Positions 17,718-26,331 of a stretch of 64,000 nucleotides of DNA are shown here, piece after piece. Made by a program: the position numbers and the translations under genes. A model generated the notes under the pieces. The model did no database searches. It was given only the letters and a program-made list of their open reading frames with translations, and had not been told where the DNA came from. The DNA comes from a virus (taxonomy: Duplodnaviria > Heunggongvirae > Uroviricota > Caudoviricetes), in IMG/VR virus record IMGVR_UViG_3300037461_000469, positions 93,752-157,751 of that record. One strand, 5' to 3'. Within the stretch, counting starts at the first letter, position 1, and the number at the start of each line of letters is the position of its first letter.

Positions 17718-19457
17718 TTAAGCGGGTGCGACTGGTGCGGCAGGAGCCGCAGGAGCCGCCTCGCCCCCTGCTACCTCTGTACCCGTTGTTTCAGCGGCTT
17801 CTTCAGGTGGAGTTTCCGTCAAAGTTTCATCGCCGCCGCCACCTGGAATTTCTCCTGCGCCCGCGCCGCCCATCAAGCCACCACCACCGCCTGCGCCTTC
17901 AGCCCCCGCTCCACCGCCGAAACTTGCAAGTAGTTTCTGTTCCTTTTCCAACCACTTGAAGTTTTCGCGCAAGTCTTCGTCCGTCCACTTCAAGTACCTC
18001 TTGGAAAGGTAGATGAAAGAGAATAACGGGTTCTGACCGTTCAAAGCGGCAAACGAATTGGAACGCCACTCTTCCACTTCCGCTGACTTCAATTCCGAAT
18101 ACGGATTGACGTGGCTGAAGCGGACTTCGACCTGATGTTTCTTCAACTGAAGCCTATCAACCAACCCACGGAAAAATAGATGGCGGTAGAACAATTCCTG
18201 AATGAACTGCTCCATGAATCGACCTTGAAGCCTCTTGATGAAGTTAGCAAACTTGACTTCATCCCGCATGATTTCACCCATTCTGCTTCCCGTGGTCGCA
18301 GTCGAGTACTCACCCGCTTCGTTAGGAAGGTTCATTCTGCCGACAGGAATCTTCATCGCACGATAAACCTTGCCCAAGAAGTAACGGATTTCATCCATCG
18401 ATTCCCACTTGGTATCCTTTTCCGAAACGGTATCAACGGTGCAGATTTCTTGACCGCCTTCCATCACGGGGAAGAAGTAGTCATCAAGCATCGTGATGGG
18501 GTTGAATCCTATGATTTCCCCTTTCTCGGAATCGTACTGAATATCTTCACGTAGCCTCTGACGGAAATCGTAGAGGTAGTGTTCGATGTCCTTTGGAGCC
18601 ATCTTGCCTACGTAGACCTTGAATACTCTGCGAAGAGGACTGCGGCTCAATTTGTAGATAACTGTTGCGTCTTCGATGAGGTTAAGCCTGCGCCAATCCT
18701 TCTTGGCAAATTCAAGCATCGAAAAGAATTCGCCGTCATATGTGTATCCGCAGTCGAAGCGAAGGATTTCTTCTTCACGATACTTGTATCCTTCTTCCGC
18801 ACCTTCATTGTCCTTCACCACGTAGTAGTGCTTCTCCATCTCCTGTTTGCTTTCGTCTTTTTCCACGGTCTTCTCAGCCATGAACTTCGTAACGAGCCAA
18901 GGCTGAAGTTCTTCTAGGCTCTCCACCCCTGTCGCTTCCTTGTCGGAGAAGTTAATTTTGAACAGGATGATGCCCTGAACCAACCACTTGTAGACCCATT
19001 CCCAAACAGCATTGTAGTCCCCCAATCGCAAACGGTTGACAATCAAATCACGGAACTCGGCAATCAGGATTTCCCGTGTAGGAGTCTTAACGTCCTCGTC
19101 AAATTTGAGCATGAAGAGTTTCTTATTTTCATCCTCTTGTACGATTTCATCTGCAACTTCCGTCAAGGCATAATTGATTTCAGGGTCAGCTGCCATTCGA
19201 TAGTACTCACGGATTCTTTCTTTGGAAGCGTGTTTTACGAGATAAGACCCGTAAACGTAATCCGTGTACTGCTTCGATAGGGTGCTATCCCCCTTTCCGA
19301 ACAAGCCGTCTGCCGTATAAGGTGTAACGGCCTCCTCTTTTTTGATAAGTTCTCCGGCTTTTGGTTGCCGTCCGAACATCGAAAAGATTCTTTTTATAGC
19401 GGCCTTGCGGTCAGCAAGTTGTTGTATCTTGCGCTCTTCTTTGGTCATACGCGCCAT
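17718..19457 (-). CDS. Portal protein, T4 gp20-like
   Basis: YRMAADPEI..AL.E..DE; IEDATVIYKLSRSP.RRVFKVYVGKM; DDYFFP; RDEVKF; late motif at 19477-19483. Confidence 0.95.
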   Translation of the reverse strand: MARMTKEERKIQQLADRKAAIKRIFSMFGRQPKAGELIKKEEAVTPYTADGLFGKGDSTLSKQYTDYVYGSYLVKHASKERIREYYRMAADPEINYALTEVADEIVQEDENKKLFMLKFDEDVKTPTREILIAEFRDLIVNRLRLGDYNAVWEWVYKWLVQGIILFKINFSDKEATGVESLEELQPWLVTKFMAEKTVEKDESKQEMEKHYYVVKDNEGAEEGYKYREEEILRFDCGYTYDGEFFSMLEFAKKDWRRLNLIEDATVIYKLSRSPLRRVFKVYVGKMAPKDIEHYLYDFRQRLREDIQYDSEKGEIIGFNPITMLDDYFFPVMEGGQEICTVDTVSEKDTKWESMDEIRYFLGKVYRAMKIPVGRMNLPNEAGEYSTATTGSRMGEIMRDEVKFANFIKRLQGRFMEQFIQELFYRHLFFRGLVDRLQLKKHQVEVRFSHVNPYSELKSAEVEEWRSNSFAALNGQNPLFSFIYLSKRYLKWTDEDLRENFKWLEKEQKLLASFGGGAGAEGAGGGGGLMGGAGAGEIPGGGGDETLTETPPEEAAETTGTEVAGGEAAPAAPAAPVAPA

Positions 19458-19496
19458 ATTAATTGACTCCTAATGTTATTTATTCAAAATCTATTT

Positions 19497-20246
19497 TTAG
19501 TGCCTGTATTGTGAAAGTTGATTGATGACTCTTCCGAAATTCTTCTTGGCTTCTTCTATCTTCAGCGGGGCGATAGGCTTGACAGGAGTTATCACTTCCA
19601 AAGCCCGTTCAAGGGCTTCAATCGGCACTACGTAGATACGGGAGTTGATTTTGCTGAACTTGTATCTGCGGTAAAAGAGTACTTTATCCGACATCTTTTT
19701 GCGGATGTAGTCGTAGATGGAATCTGAAGTGTAGGACTTGCGGAAGATGTGGCGTTCCTCTCCCAAAAGGTTCTTGACCTTCATCGACCCTCTCATCATC
19801 TTCTCGGAGTGGATTTCGGTCTTGCGGAAAAATTCAAACAGTCGCTTGCGCTCACCTGTTGAAAGGTATTGCAGAGAGATACCTTCTAAGGTGTTGTATC
19901 GTGGGTCAGTCCCCACGTAGAAAACTATCGGGGTGGGAACGTGGTCGTAGGATGAGTAGGCAAAGACGTAACAATTGCCTGGGACGATTTGGGTTCGGCT
20001 GACGGGAATCAGCAGTTCGGTATTGTAGTAGCGGAGAAGAGGTCGGATTTTCTTCTCTCGTTTGAGTTTCTTAGCCTCTTCCAATCTAATTGCTTTTTTC
20101 TGTTTTTCTAATTCCGCTTTTTCAATTGGTTTTTGAGGAAGTTCTTTTTGTTGTTTTCTTGCTGCTAAGGTTTTAAGGTCTTGTTCAGTTAAAGGAGTTG
20201 AGGGGGCTACAGGATATGGATATTGATTTTGGTTTGTATCGGCCAT
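19497..20246 (-). CDS. DNA end protector, T4 gp2-like
   Basis: PGNCYVFAYSSYD..P.P...EGISLQYLS resembles gp2 PG..Y.F.YD...GINLHYL. Confidence 0.6.
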   Translation of the reverse strand: MADTNQNQYPYPVAPSTPLTEQDLKTLAARKQQKELPQKPIEKAELEKQKKAIRLEEAKKLKREKKIRPLLRYYNTELLIPVSRTQIVPGNCYVFAYSSYDHVPTPIVFYVGTDPRYNTLEGISLQYLSTGERKRLFEFFRKTEIHSEKMMRGSMKVKNLLGEERHIFRKSYTSDSIYDYIRKKMSDKVLFYRRYKFSKINSRIYVVPIEALERALEVITPVKPIAPLKIEEAKKNFGRVINQLSQYRH

Positions 20247-20253
20247 TCTACTA

Positions 20254-20874
20254 TTATTTAGTACCTTTCTTTGTATTCTCTTCAGCCCAAAGTGGTTGAA
20301 GGTTTGAATAATGATTGGCTTTCAAAAATTGAATTCTATCTTGAAGGTTGAAAGATGCTAGGGGTTTAATGTGGTCAATATGCCACTCACCCCAATTATC
20401 CCAATTCATTCCTTCCTGAAATTTGGATTCTAAGTGTGTTTTGAGTTCAGGAACAGAACAACCTAAGTCTTTGACTGCGGAACCTGATTTTTGGTTAGAG
20501 TGTATGGCTTTTCGTAGTCTGTCTCGTAAACTAACAGCAATTTTATAATTAATGTCAGTTTTTAATCTATTACTTTGGTATTTTTTATCATAGATTGCTT
20601 TTTCTTTTTTATGATTTTTATTATATTTTCTTTGTTTCAATAAATATTTTTCTTTATTTGTTTGATAACGAATTTTATTTTTTCTTAATATCTCATTTTT
20701 ATTTTTTTCATAATTTTTTCTTTTTCTTAATTTTATTTTTTCTTTATTTTCTTTTTCGTATATTTTTCTTTTTTTTAATATTTCATCTTTATTTTCTTTA
20801 TAATATTCTATAGATGTATTTTTTATTTTTTCTTTATTCTCTATATAATATCTTATATTCTTTTCATCTGCCAT
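20254..20874 (-). CDS. HNH endonuclease (paralog 2 of 3)
   Basis: KTDINYKI..LR.R...QKSGSAVKDLGCS...WHIDHIKPL...HYSNLQPLWAEEN; very AT-rich. Confidence 0.85.
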   Translation of the reverse strand: MADEKNIRYYIENKEKIKNTSIEYYKENKDEILKKRKIYEKENKEKIKLRKRKNYEKNKNEILRKNKIRYQTNKEKYLLKQRKYNKNHKKEKAIYDKKYQSNRLKTDINYKIAVSLRDRLRKAIHSNQKSGSAVKDLGCSVPELKTHLESKFQEGMNWDNWGEWHIDHIKPLASFNLQDRIQFLKANHYSNLQPLWAEENTKKGTK

Positions 20875-20893
20875 TTCATTTTTATTCTATCGT

Positions 20894-21310
20894 TTAATAT
20901 TTTTGCCAAGGCTTTTGAGTACGGCTTTCATCAGGTTCTTCTTCGTCAATCGCTCCATCTCCTAAAAGATGTTCCAATTCCATCATCAATTCTTCACGTT
21001 CATCTGGTTCACTTTCATCATCTGTAATGTAAACGTATAACCGTTCCATCAGGTCTTCTGGAACCGTAATTGTTCCGATACCGTATTCGCTCTCGTAATC
21101 TTCTGAAGGTTTTTCTCCCGCTTCCTGTTCGTCTTCCAAGGAGATTTCTTCTTCGGGTAGGGATTGGTCTTGTTCGTCCCCGACAGGGATTTCAAATGGG
21201 TCAGAACCTTCAAGCAGTTTTATTTCTTCCGGAGTTCCGTACTTCGTGATATCTTCTTTCTTTAATTTCTTCTTCAATCTCTTCAACATTGTAGGTGTTT
21301 TCTTTGCCAT
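20894..21310 (-). CDS. Acidic hypothetical protein with KYGT motif
   Basis: KKEDITKYGTPEEIKLLE near N-terminus. Confidence 0.6.
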   Translation of the reverse strand: MAKKTPTMLKRLKKKLKKEDITKYGTPEEIKLLEGSDPFEIPVGDEQDQSLPEEEISLEDEQEAGEKPSEDYESEYGIGTITVPEDLMERLYVYITDDESEPDEREELMMELEHLLGDGAIDEEEPDESRTQKPWQKY

Positions 21311-21311
21311 T

Positions 21312-21749
21312 TTATGCTCCTAGTTCTATCAGCATATCCTGATAATCAGATGTTGATAGTAATGTATACAGTTTGCCTGGAATTCGTTTCGGTGGTTTGG
21401 AATCATCCACGACTACGACACGGATGAAATTGTTGCTCTGCTGCCAAATTTGGTCGGCTAGTTTCAGGAAGTCAGGAAATTCCTTTTGAAAGAAATTGGG
21501 AATCTGCTGAGAGCCTTGGAATTTCTTGCCGATGAGACGGTACATCGAATAGGATTTGCCTGATTCATTTTTCTGCTCTGCATTTTCTGCGCCGAAAGCG
21601 GATAGCCGTTGTTCCAACTGTGCTACGTATTGGTCGGCTTCGGGTGCGGAGCGGTCCGGAGTGTAGATATGAAACTCAATCATCAGGTTGGAGTTTTGCT
21701 CTACCGTTTGTACATCCTGAGCCACATCTTCTACAATTCTGAATTCCAT
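21312..21749 (-). CDS. Hypothetical protein
   Basis: 145 aa ORF in head operon. Confidence 0.6.
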   Translation of the reverse strand: MEFRIVEDVAQDVQTVEQNSNLMIEFHIYTPDRSAPEADQYVAQLEQRLSAFGAENAEQKNESGKSYSMYRLIGKKFQGSQQIPNFFQKEFPDFLKLADQIWQQSNNFIRVVVVDDSKPPKRIPGKLYTLLSTSDYQDMLIELGA

Positions 21750-21931
21750 TATTCCTTGTCTCTTCCCTTATCGATATCCTCGGCACACATATCGCACACC
21801 TTGCCTGTATCACCTTTCTTTAAAGGCTTGCCGCAACGAGCGCAGACTTTCTTTTTCTTCTTTGTCGCTTCAAGAAAAAGAATTTCCTCTTTGGTTCCGT
21901 ATTTGAAAACGTCTTCCTTGGTGAGTTTCAT
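21749..21931 (-). CDS. Small protein: KYGT motif plus Zn finger
   Basis: MKLTKEDVFKYGTKEEILFLE then CARCG...CDMC. Confidence 0.6.
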   Translation of the reverse strand: MKLTKEDVFKYGTKEEILFLEATKKKKKVCARCGKPLKKGDTGKVCDMCAEDIDKGRDKE

Positions 21932-22558
21932 TTACTTTTCCTCCTTCTCTTTCTCTTTCTTTTGGCTCTTGTCTACTCCCTCTGAATCTTCGACCTTCTG
22001 CGGGTCTACTGACAATTCAGCCTGATTCTTTGGGGTATTGATAGTAGGAACGGAGTCGCTCTGTGCTTCCACGCCGAAGGATTCCTCAGCAGGGTTCGAC
22101 ATAATCGAAATCTTGTTCTTGATTACGAAATCGATGTAGTCTGCCGGCTGAAGTTCGGTCTCTTCCGTGGTGTAAATGGTTTCGATTTGGTCAGAGAATT
22201 TCTTCATCGCTTCCTCGTCATCCATGATAGATGCGAGAAATGCAGTCAGTTCGGCGCGATTGACGGAGAAGAAAGGCATCACCTTGTCGGATGTCTTGCC
22301 CTTCAGGATGAGTACGTCCTTGCCACGCTTGCGAAATTCCTTCACGTACTTGAACAAAGCACAACGCTTTACTTCACCACGCAACGGGTTCACCAAAGTG
22401 AAAAACTGTTGAAGTGATTTAATGTTTTCAGGAATCTTCAGAGACTCTTCGGGCTTGACCATCGATTCGGGGTCTTTGTTGACCTTATCGGGTTCGTTCG
22501 GTTTCGTTTCTTCTTCTTTCTCTTCTAGAAATTTTTTCAGCCTTTCGTTAAAATCCAT
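21932..22558 (-). CDS. Hypothetical protein
   Basis: 208 aa ORF with GGAGG RBS. Confidence 0.6.
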   Translation of the reverse strand: MDFNERLKKFLEEKEEETKPNEPDKVNKDPESMVKPEESLKIPENIKSLQQFFTLVNPLRGEVKRCALFKYVKEFRKRGKDVLILKGKTSDKVMPFFSVNRAELTAFLASIMDDEEAMKKFSDQIETIYTTEETELQPADYIDFVIKNKISIMSNPAEESFGVEAQSDSVPTINTPKNQAELSVDPQKVEDSEGVDKSQKKEKEKEEK

Positions 22559-22575
22559 ATCACGCCTCCTACTAA

Positions 22576-23511
22576 TTACTGAATGTTGACTTCTTCTAAA
22601 TCACCTTCGCCGCCCATTGGAACTTCGGTTGGTGCTTCTGTTGGTTCAGGCTCAGGCATAACTTCTTCAGGGGTCATGCTGTCAGGTGCATTAACGCTAG
22701 TCATTGAATCAAGCGAAGATTTTACCTTATCATATACTTGCTTGAACGGACCTGATGGGCCGAACGTCTCACCATCAATGTATTCCTTCGGCATTTCTAG
22801 CAACGCTTGTGAAGCCAAAAACAGGTTATCGTAAATCGTCTTGTAAAGACGAAGTGCGGTCTTTTTTGCTTCCCTCTGAATTTTAAGTGCTGTATCATTA
22901 TTTTGTGCCATTTGCGCCTCCTGCAAATCTAATTTACCTTTAATTTTATTTTTTGATTCGTAAGGATTTCCCTCACCATGAACTTCTTCAAGGTCATCTA
23001 CGTCAAACGGAATACCTTCGCCGTGAACATCTTCGAAGTCTTTGTCGTGCATAGTACCTTTACCTAAGACTCGTTCCAACTCCACCCAACCTTTTTCCAT
23101 ATTTTTTAAATCCATAACCGTCCAAGAATTGCTCGTGGGTGCGGGGTCGAATAAGTATGCGTACACGGCATCTAAATTTTCTGCTTTATCGGCATAAGAT
23201 TCTTCATGTCTAGATACTTGGGCATCAGCATCTTTTTCTCCTCGGTCTCTTTTGTAAAAAAGAGTCCAATTTTGAGCAGGAGTTCCTTGCTCTTCATTAT
23301 GCCACCATTTATCATAACTGTGTTGCTTCCCTGTTTCATCACCCAAAACGCTGATATCACCACCATCAATCAACTCTTTAACTTTTTCCCAAGTGTTATA
23401 ATGTTGCAACAAAGTTGCGCCAACTCCTTCGGGATAACCGTCAGAATGACAATAAATGTGTCTAATCATTCCATTTTTCATCCAATACCCGATACTACAT
23501 CTTGTTGACAT
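22576..23511 (-). CDS. YCHxDGY-family domain fused to acidic C-terminal region
   Basis: MSTR..I...IYCHSDGYP.GVG..L..HY...KV.ELI..GDIS.L; late motif at 23530-23536. Confidence 0.65.
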   Translation of the reverse strand: MSTRCSIGYWMKNGMIRHIYCHSDGYPEGVGATLLQHYNTWEKVKELIDGGDISVLGDETGKQHSYDKWWHNEEQGTPAQNWTLFYKRDRGEKDADAQVSRHEESYADKAENLDAVYAYLFDPAPTSNSWTVMDLKNMEKGWVELERVLGKGTMHDKDFEDVHGEGIPFDVDDLEEVHGEGNPYESKNKIKGKLDLQEAQMAQNNDTALKIQREAKKTALRLYKTIYDNLFLASQALLEMPKEYIDGETFGPSGPFKQVYDKVKSSLDSMTSVNAPDSMTPEEVMPEPEPTEAPTEVPMGGEGDLEEVNIQ

Positions 23512-23552
23512 AGATTGCTCCTCTGTTGTTATTTATTATTTTCGCAAATAAA

Positions 23553-24017
23553 CTATATTGAAACGGGTCTACGGTTCTTAATGTCCCACGTGTAGAAGCG
23601 AAAGGTGTGTTCCCCTTTGCTTGCGATAAAAAATTTCCATCCGATTCTGCGGCAGAATAGTTCCACGGTCTCAAATTTACCCAAGTTTTTTAAGTAATTG
23701 CTCGTGTGGATTCGCTTGAAGCGCATCGAATGGGTTTCGACCCGGGGCTGTAGAGATTTCAGAGGTTTGACTTCTACGAGCATGGTACTTCCGTCAACCA
23801 TCTCGATTTTAAAATCCACAAAATAAGTTTTAATTTTTTGGGAGTTGTACTTATCCTGATATTTTATCGGATAGTCGTTTCGCCACGATTTAACGTTAGT
23901 ATTACTGTCAAGAAAAGACGAAAATTTTATCTCCCATCCACTTCTAAAACAAAGTTTTCGTTGTGTGGTGTTTTTTTTGTAGTGATTTTCTATAATTATT
24001 TTTTTAAATGTTGCCAT
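23553..24017 (-). CDS. Head completion nuclease, T4 gp4 / TnsA-like
   Basis: RSGWE..F..FLD.N...YFVDF...LVEVKP...K...C...GWKF. Confidence 0.85.
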   Translation of the reverse strand: MATFKKIIIENHYKKNTTQRKLCFRSGWEIKFSSFLDSNTNVKSWRNDYPIKYQDKYNSQKIKTYFVDFKIEMVDGSTMLVEVKPLKSLQPRVETHSMRFKRIHTSNYLKNLGKFETVELFCRRIGWKFFIASKGEHTFRFYTWDIKNRRPVSI

Positions 24018-24092
24018 TTTATCCTATAAATAGTGTATATAGTTACCCCATATTACGCATCGTTGAGAGGCGCGGCGGGTATTCTAATCAGA

Positions 24093-25460
24093 CTACAGTT
24101 TAACCGTGATGTCGGCTTTGGCTTCCAAGATGCCTACGAGTTTCTTGACATCGGCTTCCTTCAACATCAGTTCGATGGCTTCCTTCTCTTTGGCTTCCTT
24201 GATGTTCACCTGATTGTCCAATTCGAAAACGTCCTTGTCGATAATCAGTTTGTTGGAAGTCAGTTTCAGGTCGATGCGTCCGTAGAGTTTGTTCTCTGTA
24301 AGATGCCCGATGTAGATGCCGTCAGGAAGATTTTTCTTCCCTTTCATATTGAAGATGGAGAATGATTCTTGCTGAACTTGTGGAGTTGCGGGGTTTGCCT
24401 GTGGGGTGTTCGTCATGTCGAGCGTCTCACCCTGGTCGTTCACCATCACATTTTGGTCTTCAGTTGCGGCTTCATCAGTTGCCTCTTCCTGTCCCGCCGT
24501 GAACTCGTCCAACTTGGTCTTGAACTCTTCTAGGTCTCCCTGAATTGCCACGAACACTTCGGTGTCAGGATAGAGTTTTAGGTAATCAACTGCCTCGTCC
24601 AAAGTGAATTCGGTCTCTTCATCGATGCTGAACTTGATTTCGATTTCGGAGCCTTCGATGAAGGACTTCAAATCTTCTTCGCTTAGTTCGACAGGTGCGA
24701 CTTCATCTAACTCAGGTTCTTCTTCAGGAAGCGGTTGCTCTTCAGGTAGTGGTGCGGCATCAGGCGGTGCTGGAGGTGGCGGGGTATTTTCGCCGCCTGC
24801 TGGTCCCATCACGCCTTCCTGCTCGGTAATCGGTTCTAGGTCAGTCAACACCGATTCAGGAAGTGGAGCGGCTTCAGGAGCAACGGATGGCTGAGGTGCT
24901 TGCGCGCCTTCAATTCCTGCGCTTGTATCTTCGATGGACTCTAGTTCATCTTCCATCTCTTCCCCTTCCTCTTCTTTCGGAGTCAAGATAAAAGTGAAAG
25001 ATGGTTCAAGATTTTCTTCCCCTTCTTCGTCTCCCTGTTTGACAGTCAAAGTGTATTGATAATCCTTGCCGCCTTCGCCCTCGGCTCCCTCTTCCCCTGC
25101 AACTTCCTCCAAATCAAGGTCATCAATTGGTAACTCTGGGGTCGGAGGTGTGTCTTCCACGGGTTGTAAATCTTCAGAAATATTTTTGTTTTCATTTACG
25201 GGTTTATTTTCCATATTTACCTCTTTGTAATAATTTTTATTTAAATAATGACAAGCCACTTGTGCATTTGTAAATCCTCTACCTTTCTGTTTTTTTCCTT
25301 TTATAGCCTTACCATATACAATTTCATCATTATTTAAAGTATCAACAACCCACCATCTCTTTCCACTTAAATCACTTTTTAATTGAAATCTGCGTTGAGA
25401 TGTATCTGGCATGGAAACATCACCTTTAAATAAATTAATATCTTCTTTGATTTTACCCAT
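24093..25460 (-). CDS. Large acidic, Pro-rich protein, possible head-core/internal protein
   Basis: Glu/Pro-rich low complexity; late motif at 25479-25485; start taken at MGKIKED. Confidence 0.6.
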   Translation of the reverse strand: MGKIKEDINLFKGDVSMPDTSQRRFQLKSDLSGKRWWVVDTLNNDEIVYGKAIKGKKQKGRGFTNAQVACHYLNKNYYKEVNMENKPVNENKNISEDLQPVEDTPPTPELPIDDLDLEEVAGEEGAEGEGGKDYQYTLTVKQGDEEGEENLEPSFTFILTPKEEEGEEMEDELESIEDTSAGIEGAQAPQPSVAPEAAPLPESVLTDLEPITEQEGVMGPAGGENTPPPPAPPDAAPLPEEQPLPEEEPELDEVAPVELSEEDLKSFIEGSEIEIKFSIDEETEFTLDEAVDYLKLYPDTEVFVAIQGDLEEFKTKLDEFTAGQEEATDEAATEDQNVMVNDQGETLDMTNTPQANPATPQVQQESFSIFNMKGKKNLPDGIYIGHLTENKLYGRIDLKLTSNKLIIDKDVFELDNQVNIKEAKEKEAIELMLKEADVKKLVGILEAKADITVKL

Positions 25461-25501
25461 GAGATTCCTCCACAAAACTATTTATTATTTCTAGAATAGT
25501 C

Positions 25502-25789
25502 TTACTTATTTTTCTTCGTAGGTATTGTCATCTGAGGAATTTCAATTCGGCGGTGTGCTTGCTTCTCCCTCTCCATCGCTTCTACCTGTTGGAAATAAAG
25601 GTTCATTTTCATTTCAAACAAGGCACTATCTAGAACCTGAATGATAGCCGGCAGAGGATATCCTTCCGATAAAATATCGTTCAACTTGCCTGCGAAATCC
25701 CGTAGGTATTCTTCGTGAGTCTTTTTTGGTTTTTCCTGCTGAGGTCCTTCGTTTTTCCCGTTCCCACCATCGTTGTTCATCACTTCCAT
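25502..25789 (-). CDS. Hypothetical protein
   Basis: 95 aa ORF coupled to upstream gene. Confidence 0.55.
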   Translation of the reverse strand: MEVMNNDGGNGKNEGPQQEKPKKTHEEYLRDFAGKLNDILSEGYPLPAIIQVLDSALFEMKMNLYFQQVEAMEREKQAHRRIEIPQMTIPTKKNK

Positions 25790-25986
25790 TAGTTTTTCTC
25801 CTTTTTCATCGATTTTGCTACTTGTACTGACAGACTACGAAATTCCTTAAACTGCTTCTGTAAGGTAATCGTTGTCTTTCTTGCTCGTTGCCACGCTGAC
25901 TTGGGTGCAACTTGCTTTTTTGCGTCTGCAAGAAATGAGTTAATATTGTCCTCAATTTCTCCGACCAATGCTGTTAGTTCGTCCAT
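25789..25986 (-). CDS. Small basic helical protein, histone H1-like (Hc1-like) family
   Basis: KSAWQRARKTTITLQKQFKEFR resembles the A..RARK....L....KE.R family; late motif at 26017-26023. Confidence 0.55.
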   Translation of the reverse strand: MDELTALVGEIEDNINSFLADAKKQVAPKSAWQRARKTTITLQKQFKEFRSLSVQVAKSMKKEKN

Positions 25987-25987
25987 T

Positions 25988-26036
25988 TTGGTCTCCTTTT
26001 TTGTAGAATCTACTTCTATTTATGGTAGGAGGCCAA
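25988..26036 (-). promoter_or_regulatory. RBS-sequestering hairpin enclosing a late promoter
   Basis: Minus TTGGCCTCCT pairs 9/10 with AGGAGACCAA (RBS); ATAAATA lies in the loop. Confidence 0.65.
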
Positions 26037-26054
26037 TTTTTTACTTTTGAAGGG

Positions 26055-26330
26055 TTATTCGTTGTGGAGTTTTTCCCATAAATTAATCTTATCGGAGTAC
26101 TGCGGGAAATACTCGGCCACGTACTTGCGGAACTCTTTCAGGCGCATACAGGAGTTAACAAACTCGTCCTTGGTGGCTTGCGGAAGGTTGGAGCCTAGCA
26201 TATATGTTATCAGTTTTTCAAACGGCTCTTTGTATCCATCTTCTTCTGTGATGGTTGTACTTTTCCAAGTTGGTCCAGAAGGAACCGCACTTCCGACATA
26301 ATCTGCAAAATCCCAATCACCTGCTGCCAT
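26055..26330 (-). CDS. Hypothetical protein
   Basis: 91 aa ORF immediately after the polymerase. Confidence 0.55.
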   Translation of the reverse strand: MAAGDWDFADYVGSAVPSGPTWKSTTITEEDGYKEPFEKLITYMLGSNLPQATKDEFVNSCMRLKEFRKYVAEYFPQYSDKINLWEKLHNE

Positions 26331-26331
26331 C

